IMG/VR virus record: IMGVR_UViG_3300026549_000029
Coordinates: 96,001 to 160,000 of that record
Origin: a virus
Lineage: Duplodnaviria; Caudoviricetes
Strand: one strand, 5' to 3'
Length of the DNA stretch: 64,000 bases
A program made the position numbers and the translations under genes. The first letter of the stretch is position 1. Every line of letters starts with the position of its first letter. Under the pieces are notes generated by a model. That model worked only from the letters and a program-made list of their open reading frames with translations, did not search any database and was not told the DNA's origin. Shown here piece after piece: positions 51,227 to 61,774 of the stretch.

Positions 51227-51991
51227 ATGTTAAGGTTTGACGATAATAAAAAATCAAATGAAAAAAAGATTTTATTTGATATAGTAAATAAAATTAATAA
51301 AGAAGCTAAAAAAGAACAAGTATCAGTACCATATTATCTTAATAAATTATTATATAAAAAAGATATGAATACTTTTTCTGATGTATGTAGCTATTTGTAT
51401 GCATTAGATATGATTAATCTTAATTTATTTACAGATGATAATATGATTGATTCTTTTGGAGATACTAGAGTATTATGTGAGGAAAATGCTGAAAAATATT
51501 TAGATGAAACAGTAATTGCTATATATAAAGATATTTTATATAAACAAAAAAGTGATGATCATTCTTTTGATAATAGAGTTGATTATATTTATCATTTATT
51601 TACAAATATAGTTCCTATGAGTACATATGTTACATCAAGTATTATTGCTACAACTTATATCATGAGATATTATAGTATGGAAAGTATTATTTGTACTACA
51701 GCTACTGCTACTAGTAATTTAAATAGATTAAGAAATATTATTAAATTATATAATGGTAAAGTATACCCTTGGGTATATTATGAAGATTATGAAAGTGAAT
51801 TTAAAACTGCAGATGATAGATTTTTAACTATTGAAGAAAGAAATAATTTAAATAAAATTATTGATAGAGAAATAAATACACATATTATGTATTGGAAAAA
51901 ATTTATTAATGGTTTAGTAGAAAGAAATTATGGATTCTGTATTAGTTTAATACAGAATAATATGAATGGTAAGTATGATAGAATATATTGA
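51227..51991 (+). CDS. Hypothetical early protein, paralog of the previous gene
   Basis: Same leader tataaaggagaaataaaaatg and the same C-terminal motifs. Confidence 0.7.
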   Translation: MLRFDDNKKSNEKKILFDIVNKINKEAKKEQVSVPYYLNKLLYKKDMNTFSDVCSYLYALDMINLNLFTDDNMIDSFGDTRVLCEENAEKYLDETVIAIYKDILYKQKSDDHSFDNRVDYIYHLFTNIVPMSTYVTSSIIATTYIMRYYSMESIICTTATATSNLNRLRNIIKLYNGKVYPWVYYEDYESEFKTADDRFLTIEERNNLNKIIDREINTHIMYWKKFINGLVERNYGFCISLIQNNMNGKYDRIY

Positions 51992-52782
51992 TGGAGGAAT
52001 TAAAATTGAATAATAATTCATATGCAATAAGAGATTGTATTTTAAATTGTAGTATTAATGAAAAACAAGATGCTTATATTCAACCTCTTGATGAATTATC
52101 ATCTTATTTAGTATATAATTTCTTTGATTATGCTGTATATTTTGATACATCTCTCAAATGTATTGATGAAATTGAAAAAGGAAATTTTACCAGAGAAAGA
52201 TTTTCTAAAACAGTATATACTCTTTATAAATTTATGCAAAATAAATGGGAAAATGAAAATAATAGTGGAGAAAATATTATTAATAGATCTTCATTTTTAA
52301 TTCATATTCCTGATACTTCAACTAATTTTGCAATTAATTTTCCTCTTTGCTTAGATGAATTATTTGAATCTATGAAAGAGTTTATTATTGCTTTTAGGAA
52401 ATGGAGTATGGAAACAATAGAATCTTCTTGGAAAAGAAATGTAAGGGATTTAAGTCCTTATATGGAATCAATGTTTAAAGAATTATATTTCTTTAAACTT
52501 GAATTATATAGTGCTTATCTTAATGATGGAAGTTATGATGATAAAGTTGTGTTTGCAAGCCCATTTAGTCAAATTAGAAATATATATGGATTAAATTCTA
52601 ATATTAGAGATTTTACTAGATCTGTGACAGATATTTATAATGATATTAATTCAATTAGTTATTTAATAAGAGCTACTATAAATTTTTCTACACCTATAGA
52701 TATGTCTATAAGAAATGATATCTTTAAAGCTCAAAATCCAAATATTAAACAGCAAATAAATAATGAAGAAGAAGATTGGTAA
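51988..52782 (+). CDS. Hypothetical protein
   Basis: 264 aa ORF. Confidence 0.65.
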   Translation: MMEELKLNNNSYAIRDCILNCSINEKQDAYIQPLDELSSYLVYNFFDYAVYFDTSLKCIDEIEKGNFTRERFSKTVYTLYKFMQNKWENENNSGENIINRSSFLIHIPDTSTNFAINFPLCLDELFESMKEFIIAFRKWSMETIESSWKRNVRDLSPYMESMFKELYFFKLELYSAYLNDGSYDDKVVFASPFSQIRNIYGLNSNIRDFTRSVTDIYNDINSISYLIRATINFSTPIDMSIRNDIFKAQNPNIKQQINNEEEDW

Positions 52783-52873
52783 TATTATAAGAGGGATATA
52801 AATATCCCTCTTATATTAATTTTTTAAAAATATTTAGACTACTTTATATAATTATTTATAATAAGGAGATTTT

Positions 52874-53071
52874 ATGAGAACTTATGATACAACTTTTATA
52901 GATAAGAAAACTAAACAAAATATAATTATTATTAGAACAAATGCTAATGGAAAAGATAAAGCTAAAGTATTAGCAATAAAGAATTTTAAACATACCTATA
53001 GAGATATTAATCTTGATGATGTAGATATTAGCATTAAACAAATAGACACTAATAATGAGGATTGGCTATAA
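52874..53071 (+). CDS. Small hypothetical protein
   Basis: RBS AAGGAG. Confidence 0.6.
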   Translation: MRTYDTTFIDKKTKQNIIIIRTNANGKDKAKVLAIKNFKHTYRDINLDDVDISIKQIDTNNEDWL

Positions 53072-53076
53072 ATAAA

Positions 53077-53310
53077 ATGATTATAATTTCTGTAATTTGC
53101 CCATTAATGATTCTATTAATTTGGTTTTCTATAATAAGATTCTTTTGTAAAAAAGTATCTGTAAAGAGAGATTTAATATTTATTTTTCTTATAATATTAT
53201 GGTATTTAGCAATATTTATATTCTATACTAATACATCATTAGGTAATAGTATTGTGAATAAAGAACTTGATATGGATTCAATGATAACTACTAATGGTGA
53301 ATTAAGATGA
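53077..53310 (+). CDS. Small two-TM membrane protein
   Basis: Two hydrophobic helices; stop overlaps the SbcC-like start. Confidence 0.6.
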   Translation: MIIISVICPLMILLIWFSIIRFFCKKVSVKRDLIFIFLIILWYLAIFIFYTNTSLGNSIVNKELDMDSMITTNGELR

Positions 53311-56042
53311 AAATAACTTATTTTAGAATAAAAGGTTATATTAATATTTTAAATGGTATGGGATTAGATGAACTAATAATACCATTTTTAGAATTTAAAA
53401 ATCGTATTATATTAGTATCTGGAGAAAATGGTACTGGTAAATCTACAATAATAAAAGCTTTAACTCCAAATCCAGATTCATCTGATTCTTTTAGAACAGA
53501 TGTATTTATTGATCAATTTGGGAATAGACAAATTATAGAATATCCTGCAGAAAAAGAGATTCATTATTTAAGTTATGAAGAATCTGGAGAACCTGTAGTA
53601 TATAAAATATTAATACAGTCTTTAGTAGATGAATCTAGAACAAGAAGAACTACTAAAGCATTTATTAAAAAGAATGATGAAGAATTAAATCCCAATGGAA
53701 ATGTCTCTTCTTTTAAAGATATTAGAGATGATCTGTTAGGAATAGATCCTGTATATTTAGATTTATCATTTGTTTCTTCTGAACAAAGAGGAATAGTAGA
53801 TATGATTCCTTCTGAGAGAAGAAAATATATGGCTAATTATATTGGATCTCTTGATACTTATAATAATATTTATAAAATAATCTCTAAAAAAGTATCTAAT
53901 TTAAAATCTTATATGAATACATTAAATACCAAAATATATGAAATTGGTAATGAAAATGAATTAAGATTACAGCAGATGCAATTAGAGAAACAGTTAGGAT
54001 CTTTAAATACAGAAAGAGATAAATTATTAAAAGATTTGTCAGAAGCAGAAACTACTGTAAAGTTAATAGATCCAGAAAATAAAATGCAAGATCTTTATCA
54101 TACCATTTCTGATAAGCTGACAATTATTAATTTAGAAATGGGAAAGAATCAACAAATTCTTGATAAACTATACAGTAGATTTGGATATGAGCTTAAAAAT
54201 CAAGATTTAGATCTTTTATTAAAACAAACTCAAGATAAGTTTGATAAGTATAGTAAAGATTTAGAGAATAATAGAACTAAAAGTGCTAATTTATTATTTA
54301 TGAATCAGATTACTTATAATAATCTTGAGGATAATAGAACTAGATTAGAAGCTTTATCAAGAGAAGAAGTTCAAATCAATATAGAAGAAGCAGTAGATCA
54401 AATTAAAGGAGAAGTAGATTTATATTCTTCTTATTTATCTAAATCTGATATATCAATATTAGATACTATTTCTTTAGATGAATTAAAAGATTTAAAATTT
54501 GATCTTGATAGATTTATATCTGGTATAGGATCATTAGAAGATCAGTATTCTTTTGATAATATAGGATTAGCATTAGATAATTTTACTAAAGAATCTGAAT
54601 TAAGAACAAATATAACTTGTTGGAATAAAGAATCTATAGATCTTTCTAATCAGATAATATCTATAGAAAAAGACATTGAGAGATATAGAGAAGATTATGA
54701 GACATTAAAAGAATTTGGTTCTACTAGACCAAGTGATTGTAAGATAGATTCTTGTCCTTATATTGTAAAATATATTAAAATAAAAGAATCTATAAAATCA
54801 GAGAAAGATATTGAATCTCTTGAAATAGAATTATCTAATATTAAACAAATAGAAGAATATCTTAAGAAAGATATTACTACATATTCTACTATAATAGATA
54901 TAATAGAGAAACTTAAACCTATACTAGCAATAACTTATAAATCTATATTTCTTAAAATATCTAAGTTAAGTTTTATGAAAAATTTAGATAAGATATTTAT
55001 TAAAATTAAAAATCATAATAGATTCCCAGAATTTTCTGTAATAGATGATTTAATAGAAAAGAAATCTATCTATGATAATTTTTCTAAATTAAAACTACAG
55101 CTAAAAGAAATGGAATCTGATCTTAAAGTATATAAAGCAAATAAATTAATGAAAGATTCTCTTACAGAATCTATAGCTAAATTAGATAAAGAATATTCTG
55201 ATAGAAAAGAACAGATTCTTTTACTGGGAAAAGATTATACTTTCTTAGAAGGAGTACTAACCGAAACTTCTACTACTATAGAGAATATTAAATCTCTTAT
55301 AGAAGCTACAGAAAAGATGAAATCTTTAGATAAAGATAAATCTGATCTAAAAGAAGAATTTAACTCTGTAAAAGATAAAATATCTTTAGTAAAAGAAAAA
55401 GTAGATTCTGTAGAGGTATTAAAAACTCAAATATCTAATATAGAGAAAGATATAGAACCATTAAGAAATACTATAAATAATATTATTTATAATCTTACAA
55501 ATATTGTAAGTTATCAGCAGGAGTATAAAGCTTCTTCTGATATGTATGATAAGATGGTATTTATTAGAAATGCTTGTTCTCCAGGTAATGGAATGGGTAT
55601 ACAGTCAGAATATATTAAGAGATATATGAGTGATATTATTATTGATTGTAATAGAATGCTTAGCTATATGTTTGGTGGTGCTATTCAGTTAGCAGTACCA
55701 ATAATAAATGAAAAACAATTCTCTATACCTTTCTTAGGTCCAGGTGGAATGATGGTACCTGATATATCAAATGGATCTACTGCTCAGAAATGTATGATAG
55801 GATTAGTATTTTCATCTGTAGCTATGATGAAATCTAGTTTAAAATATAATATTCCTAGATATGATGAATTAGATTCTGGTCTTGATCAAAGTAATAGAAT
55901 TACTTTTATACAAGTATTGAATAGTGTACTAGATATTATGAATTCTGAGCAATGTATAATCTGTTCTCATAATGCAGAATTTGATACCCAGAGTACTACT
56001 AGAATAATATGTTCATCTAAGGGGGTAAAATTTGAGCAGTAA
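53307..56042 (+). CDS. sbcC: SbcC/Rad50-like SMC ATPase
   Basis: Walker A GENGTGKST, long coiled coils with a central CKIDSCP hook, GSTAQ signature, YDELDSGLD, SHN. Confidence 0.88.
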   Translation: MKITYFRIKGYINILNGMGLDELIIPFLEFKNRIILVSGENGTGKSTIIKALTPNPDSSDSFRTDVFIDQFGNRQIIEYPAEKEIHYLSYEESGEPVVYKILIQSLVDESRTRRTTKAFIKKNDEELNPNGNVSSFKDIRDDLLGIDPVYLDLSFVSSEQRGIVDMIPSERRKYMANYIGSLDTYNNIYKIISKKVSNLKSYMNTLNTKIYEIGNENELRLQQMQLEKQLGSLNTERDKLLKDLSEAETTVKLIDPENKMQDLYHTISDKLTIINLEMGKNQQILDKLYSRFGYELKNQDLDLLLKQTQDKFDKYSKDLENNRTKSANLLFMNQITYNNLEDNRTRLEALSREEVQINIEEAVDQIKGEVDLYSSYLSKSDISILDTISLDELKDLKFDLDRFISGIGSLEDQYSFDNIGLALDNFTKESELRTNITCWNKESIDLSNQIISIEKDIERYREDYETLKEFGSTRPSDCKIDSCPYIVKYIKIKESIKSEKDIESLEIELSNIKQIEEYLKKDITTYSTIIDIIEKLKPILAITYKSIFLKISKLSFMKNLDKIFIKIKNHNRFPEFSVIDDLIEKKSIYDNFSKLKLQLKEMESDLKVYKANKLMKDSLTESIAKLDKEYSDRKEQILLLGKDYTFLEGVLTETSTTIENIKSLIEATEKMKSLDKDKSDLKEEFNSVKDKISLVKEKVDSVEVLKTQISNIEKDIEPLRNTINNIIYNLTNIVSYQQEYKASSDMYDKMVFIRNACSPGNGMGIQSEYIKRYMSDIIIDCNRMLSYMFGGAIQLAVPIINEKQFSIPFLGPGGMMVPDISNGSTAQKCMIGLVFSSVAMMKSSLKYNIPRYDELDSGLDQSNRITFIQVLNSVLDIMNSEQCIICSHNAEFDTQSTTRIICSSKGVKFEQ

Positions 56043-56292
56043 TGAAAAAAGTCCAGAAAAAGAAGTAATAATAATACATTCTAAATATAAGTATAATGAT
56101 TATGACAATTGGATAGATATTATAAGAGGATCAGATAAAAAGAGTTTATCATCTGAAGTATATAATCGTGCAATATATATTGATAAATATGAGGGATTAG
56201 CTTGGGATGATAAAGATGTAATAGATTTATTAAAATTCTTAGGAATTAAAGTTACAGAAGTTAATCATATTCTAGATGAAGAAAAAAATTAA
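56032..56292 (+). CDS. Hypothetical protein
   Basis: TTG start after AAGGGGG, followed by a terminator. Confidence 0.55.
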   Translation: MSSNEKSPEKEVIIIHSKYKYNDYDNWIDIIRGSDKKSLSSEVYNRAIYIDKYEGLAWDDKDVIDLLKFLGIKVTEVNHILDEEKN

Positions 56293-56404
56293 AGGAAGGT
56301 ATAATTACCTTCCTTTTTATTTTTTAAAAATTAATATTTTTAATTAGATGATATAATATTGTATAAAAGAACAATAATTTTTCTATTAGAGAGGAGAAAT
56401 AAAA

Positions 56405-56767
56405 ATGACTAATGAAAGAGATGAAAGAATTATTCATGATGTAGTCGCAAGAGGCCTGGAAAAACAGGCTATAATGATTTGTGTCGATAAGGGTCGTATG
56501 ATCCAGGTGTATTTAACACCTGGTCATGGTGGCATTGACTTTGACATGATTGTTCGCTGCATTAAGGCGAATGGTAATCTTGAAGTTGTTCACAGTGCCA
56601 AGGGGAATCTCTGGTGTGCTAATGTTGTTAGCATTACTGGAGAAACAAGTGATACTCCTACAGACTGGGTGAGTATCGATACACCCTTTGGTAAAGTTTC
56701 TGCTAGCTGGGAATGGTCCGGCTATAACAGAGACTACAATAAATATGAGGTTAGGCTTAATGCCTGA
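56405..56767 (+). CDS. Hypothetical early protein, GC-elevated
   Basis: RBS GAGGAG, early promoter, atypical codon usage. Confidence 0.7.
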   Translation: MTNERDERIIHDVVARGLEKQAIMICVDKGRMIQVYLTPGHGGIDFDMIVRCIKANGNLEVVHSAKGNLWCANVVSITGETSDTPTDWVSIDTPFGKVSASWEWSGYNRDYNKYEVRLNA

Positions 56768-56786
56768 CCTCATATTTATTTTTTTC

Positions 56787-57833
56787 TTAGAATCTAGATA
56801 TATTTGAGCTATTCTTAATAATAACTCTCTTAGTATTATTCAAGTTATTATTTTTTGCAAGTCTCTTATTTACATCTATATTATAATCAGCTGCAGTTAA
56901 TTCAGAACTCACAGGCATATTAGGAATAGGTTGATCTGTTCTTCTATCTACCCATTGAAATTGTCTAGCACCTGTAGCTTCATCATATACTATTACTTCT
57001 TCTATATTAGGATTATTATCATTAAGCATTAAATTCTCTTCAGGTGTTAAGTTAGCTAAATAATTAGCTAATCCTGCATCACTTCCAGCAGATCCTTCTA
57101 ATCCAGTTCTAATAATACCATTTAATCCGGCAGTCATATCCATAGTATTAGGCTGTGTATATGCAGGAGCTCCAATAGGTGCACTAATATAAGCATTATA
57201 AGCATCCATAATAGCTTTATTATCATCACCTTGATCCATAGCTCTCATATCTTTAAATCTTCTATATTCCATATCATTAACAGATTTGATAGTATTATTA
57301 ATCTCTTTTACAGCAGCAAGTTTAGTACTTAATAAACTACTCATACTTGCTAATGTAGCATTAGTATAATGATATTTTCCTTTAAGATTTCTTTGCGATC
57401 TGATAAAATCTAAATCTTGTTTACAATCTTTTAATAATTCATCTGCTTGAGCAATAATATTATATGACATCTGATTTGTTGTTACATAAGAATCAGCATA
57501 TATAGTATGCTCAACTACTTGCTTAGAATTAGTAGGATCAATTTCTTCTACATCTGTAGATTTTTCTGCATCTACTACTGTTACTTTTGTACTAGCTTTT
57601 TTCTTTTTCTTAAGAGTAGTCTTTTCTGTAATTACATTATTTCCAATTGGAGCAATAGGAGTACTTACATTAGTTCCAATTAAACCTGAAAAGTTTGCTC
57701 CAAGAGTAGATCTCTTTTCTATAGGAGTAGTAGGAGGAGTAGTCTCTGTTTGTACAGGTTTACCATCTGTAGTATAAGCCTGACCCATATACATATTATT
57801 TAAAGGTGGATTAGGAAAATTCATTGAGTCCAT
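56787..57833 (-). CDS. Conserved hypothetical jumbo-phage protein divergent from the polymerase N gene
   Basis: 348 aa, RBS AAGGAG. Confidence 0.75.
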   Translation of the reverse strand: MDSMNFPNPPLNNMYMGQAYTTDGKPVQTETTPPTTPIEKRSTLGANFSGLIGTNVSTPIAPIGNNVITEKTTLKKKKKASTKVTVVDAEKSTDVEEIDPTNSKQVVEHTIYADSYVTTNQMSYNIIAQADELLKDCKQDLDFIRSQRNLKGKYHYTNATLASMSSLLSTKLAAVKEINNTIKSVNDMEYRRFKDMRAMDQGDDNKAIMDAYNAYISAPIGAPAYTQPNTMDMTAGLNGIIRTGLEGSAGSDAGLANYLANLTPEENLMLNDNNPNIEEVIVYDEATGARQFQWVDRRTDQPIPNMPVSSELTAADYNIDVNKRLAKNNNLNNTKRVIIKNSSNISRF

Positions 57834-57963
57834 TGTAAACTCCTTTTTGAAAATGTATTATAATATTGAATCATTACATTCGGTATAATTATTTAGAAGT
57901 ATTATAAATTAAAGTTTATAAAATTTTTGACTTTATTATAATTTAATTTAGGAGAAAATATAA

Positions 57964-60352
57964 ATGGCTAAGAGAAAGAGTTTTATTTTAAATAATAAAC
58001 AATATGAATTAGTAATTCCAGGATATCCAAAAGGTTCTGATATAACAGTAATAAATACTTCTTATATACCTAGAAAGAAAGTAGAAAATGAAGAAGGAAA
58101 TATTGTATATGAGAAAGATTATATAGCAATATTATTTAGAGATAATAAGACTGAAGAAAAACATATTCATATTATAAAAGAACCAGTATATACTTTTTAT
58201 AAACTTAAAGATGATATAATCCCTACAGATTATGTATTATTCTTTATTCCTAAAGAAGATGTAGAACCTTATACCTGTAAATATTCTAATATACTACAAG
58301 CTATAGCTGAAGTTACTAATATGATAGATTTCTATCAATATAATGTAACTAATAAAATCTTTAGTGAGAATAAGAAATTACATACTATTCCTTCTATATT
58401 TATGTCAGATATGAATATAGAAAATTATTATAGATTTTTATTTGGATTATCTTATCCTAATAATATCTTTAAATTATCTAAAGCATATCTTGATATAGAA
58501 ACCGATGGGCGTTATGCTATGGGAGATTTTCCAGAACCTGGAGAAGTACCTATTAATGCTGTAGCATATTGTGATGAAGCTCATAATATTACATATCAAT
58601 TTATCTTTGATGATCCTAGAAATCCTGCACTTCAGGAATATAAGAGACAATTTTCTAGAAAAGATATATTAGGAGAATTAAAGAATTTTGTAATTAATGC
58701 TGTAGGAGGATATAAGAAAGCAGTAAAATTTGGTGTTGATAATATGGAATATAAATTAATCTTCTTTAAAGATGAATTAGAAATGTTAGAAAGATTATTT
58801 GATATTATTAATATTTCTTCACCAGATTTTCTTAATATATGGAATATGTCATTTGACTTATCTTATATATTAGCAAGAATATATGAGTTAGGTGGAGATG
58901 TAATAGAAACTGTATGTGATAAAAGAGTTACTCCTAAATTCTTAAGATATTATATAGATGAGAGAAATAAAAATAATTTTGAAGAAAGAGGAGATTTTGT
59001 AGCTATATCTTCTTATACAGTATGGAATGATCAAATGATAACATTTGCATCAAGACGTAAAGGTAGAGCAGCATATCCATCTTTTGCATTAAACGCTATT
59101 GGAGAAGATGTAGCAAATGTTAAGAAATTAGATTATTCTAATATCACTAAAGATATTAATATGCTTCCTTATATAGATTTTAAGACATTCAGTTTTTATA
59201 ATGTGATGGATGTTATTGTACAGAAATGTATAGAAAGAATGACATCTGATTGCGATTATATATTTACTAAGTGTTTAGTAAATAATACAAACTATTCTAA
59301 ATGTCATAGACAGAGTGTATATTTAGCTAATAGATTTGCTAAAGATTTTTATAATTATGGATATATTATTGGTAATAATAAAAATATCTATAATGAGAAA
59401 CCCGACGCTAAGTTTTGTGGTGCTCAAGTCGGCAATCCATTGAATAATAATCCAGATATTACATATCATATTAATGGTAAGCCTACTATGCTAGTAGAGA
59501 ACTGTGTGGATTTCGATTGATTTTAGTCGCTTTTTAGTAGTAATACTGAGAAGAAAATCTTATTGAATTGCTGGGAAAGGCTAAAGCTCTCTTGCCTATA
59601 TGGAGTGAAAACAGAAATAAGTAGAGAGATGAACTATGGTGAAATAAAAGCTCTTAATATAATAAGAGTCCTAAGGTTTATTAACAATGTCTAATCAGCA
59701 GCCAATCTTTATAATGTAAAGAAGGTTCAACGACTATCCGAAAGGAGTAGGGCTTAAGCAAGCTCGAAGTGATAAGAGGTCCAGGATATACTGGATCGTG
59801 ATATAGTCTCAGCATTCAGGTAACACCTGAAGAAGTTCATAAGAGAACTGCACAGATTAGCGACCTGTGTGAAGATTACTGTACTCCTCACTTTATCCAT
59901 CTATTATCTTAGAAAATAATATAGCACCAAATACACAATATGGTAGAATTATTATTGAAGATGAATCCGATCCCAATAAAGTATATTCTCGTAATGAGCA
60001 TCCTGATATGTTTAGTAATGATGATGATGAAGCTAAATATTCTCGTGGTGGAGAATTTTTAGATAATCTGATGACTTCTAATATATTAGAATTCTGTTGG
60101 AGATGGCTTAACTTAGGAGATATTTATGATGTAGAATCTGACTTGAGAGAATTTTATAATTTTAATTCTTATGAAGGTCCTTCTATAGATTATTCTCTTA
60201 AAGATGCTATTTATATTAGTAAATCTAATATGACTTCTGTATTTGAAGATATTCCTTATGGAAATAATCCTGTTGTAATTTCTGATGTAGCTCTTGACAA
60301 AACAGTAAGTGATAATCTTACTGAAGAAATAAAGAAAGGAGCTATTTTATAA
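57964..60352 (+). CDS. Family B DNA polymerase, N-terminal gene (3'-5' exonuclease and motif A); spliced join(57964..59517,59882..60352), 674 aa
   Basis: ExoI YLDIETD, ExoII WNMSFD, ExoIII YNVMDV; splicing restores motif A DFD-YSSLYPS in frame with ORF 60008..60352. Confidence 0.92.
59518..59881 (+). mobile_element. Group I intron 3 (ORF-less), 364 nt
   Basis: P1 cgat/gtcg with U-G pair; P aattgctggg, Q tcagcagcc, R ggttcaacgacta, S atatagtc; omega G at 59881. Confidence 0.92.
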
Positions 60353-60979
60353 ATGGAAATAGGATCTGTAACTCCTGTAAATTATATAGAATTATGTAAA
60401 TATATAAATCCTATAATAACTTCTTATGCAGGATTTATTAGAACTACTGGTTATATAACCCATATACCAGGTTATATAATAATGATGTCTGATGATGAGA
60501 GTTTTATAAGTATTATAAAAATACCTATTATATTTAATATAATTTTTGCTGCTAAAATAAATGATCTTCTTAAATTAAAAGAAGAAAATAATATGTTAAA
60601 TTTATTAAATCTAACATATTTTCTTGGTAGTAATATTATATTAAATAAAATGATAAATTATTGGAATATATATAATGATATTGATAATAAATGTAATTGT
60701 ATATATTCAGAAGATGATTGTTATAATATAAATAATTTTAGTACAGTAAGTAGTAATACTAATATAGGTTCTATAATGGTATCAAATGGTATTAATATTT
60801 TTATGATTCCTGCAAGTAAAAGTATAACTAATTTAAATAAAGCAGATAAAGTAAGTTTAAGATTATATGATTATATTAATGATCAAAATAATAAAAATAT
60901 AAAAACTGTAAGATATATATTATATAAAAATAAATTTAAATTAATAGCAGATATTTATACAAATATATTAGTAGTATAA
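60353..60979 (+). CDS. Hypothetical protein co-transcribed with the polymerase N gene
   Basis: ATG immediately after the stop; AAGGAG RBS inside the polymerase gene. Confidence 0.7.
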   Translation: MEIGSVTPVNYIELCKYINPIITSYAGFIRTTGYITHIPGYIIMMSDDESFISIIKIPIIFNIIFAAKINDLLKLKEENNMLNLLNLTYFLGSNIILNKMINYWNIYNDIDNKCNCIYSEDDCYNINNFSTVSSNTNIGSIMVSNGINIFMIPASKSITNLNKADKVSLRLYDYINDQNNKNIKTVRYILYKNKFKLIADIYTNILVV

Positions 60980-61077
60980 GAGAGGAAAAAATTCCTCTCT
61001 TTATTTTTTATATTTTTAAAAGAGATATTATAATATTGGAAATAGATACTTATATTATTTTAAAAAGGAGAAATAAG

Positions 61078-61662
61078 ATGAACAAAAGAAGATATTTTAT
61101 CGAGGCAATTATCAGAAATTCTGGTTGGTACAACGAGATCTTTAATATTCTTGATGATCTTAAAGATCTTAAAGATTTGACAGATTCATCCTATCCATTA
61201 TATAATGCTTTCTTTTATGAAGGTGTTTTTTATAATCGGGTTAAAGGATCAGACATTAAAGAGGGGGCTATTCTCCTTCTCCATTTCATTAAAGGAGAAG
61301 TCTCTTCTGACGTACTTTACGAAACATGGCCCCACAGAGCTCTTTATCATTATCTGTGGGGTGAGAAAGAAACTCTGATACACAATTATGGAGTTTCAAA
61401 AAGTCATAGAGTACGCCCTGATGAAGGAGCTCTGGATAAAATCAGGCAATTAAGTATAATATGTAGCCTCCTTGACCATATCGATATAAAGGAGGAGGAT
61501 TTCTTTGAAGTACCTGATGGATGGAAAAAGAAAAATTCAAAGAAGTACTTTTTCGAAAAGGTACTTCCTACATTATCAGATGAGCTTCTTGAACAAGCTA
61601 TTAGAGCTTGTAAAAATATCCTGAAAGAAAGAAGAAGTCAGGATAAAAGTTTGTTTAATTAA
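61078..61662 (+). CDS. Hypothetical early protein, GC-elevated
   Basis: RBS AAGGAG, early promoter, flanking terminators. Confidence 0.7.
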   Translation: MNKRRYFIEAIIRNSGWYNEIFNILDDLKDLKDLTDSSYPLYNAFFYEGVFYNRVKGSDIKEGAILLLHFIKGEVSSDVLYETWPHRALYHYLWGEKETLIHNYGVSKSHRVRPDEGALDKIRQLSIICSLLDHIDIKEEDFFEVPDGWKKKNSKKYFFEKVLPTLSDELLEQAIRACKNILKERRSQDKSLFN

Positions 61663-61774
61663 AAAAATAAAGGGAGGAAGAAATTCCTCTCTTTATTTTT
61701 TTAAATAGTTTTTTAATTATATATTATAATATTGAAGTAATTGAAATATTATTAATTAAAGGAGATGATTATTT

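Noticed and set aside
60008-60352. Separate 114-aa gene
   Set aside because: Frame is open from 59882 and carries YSSLYPS; it is exon 2 of the polymerase N gene
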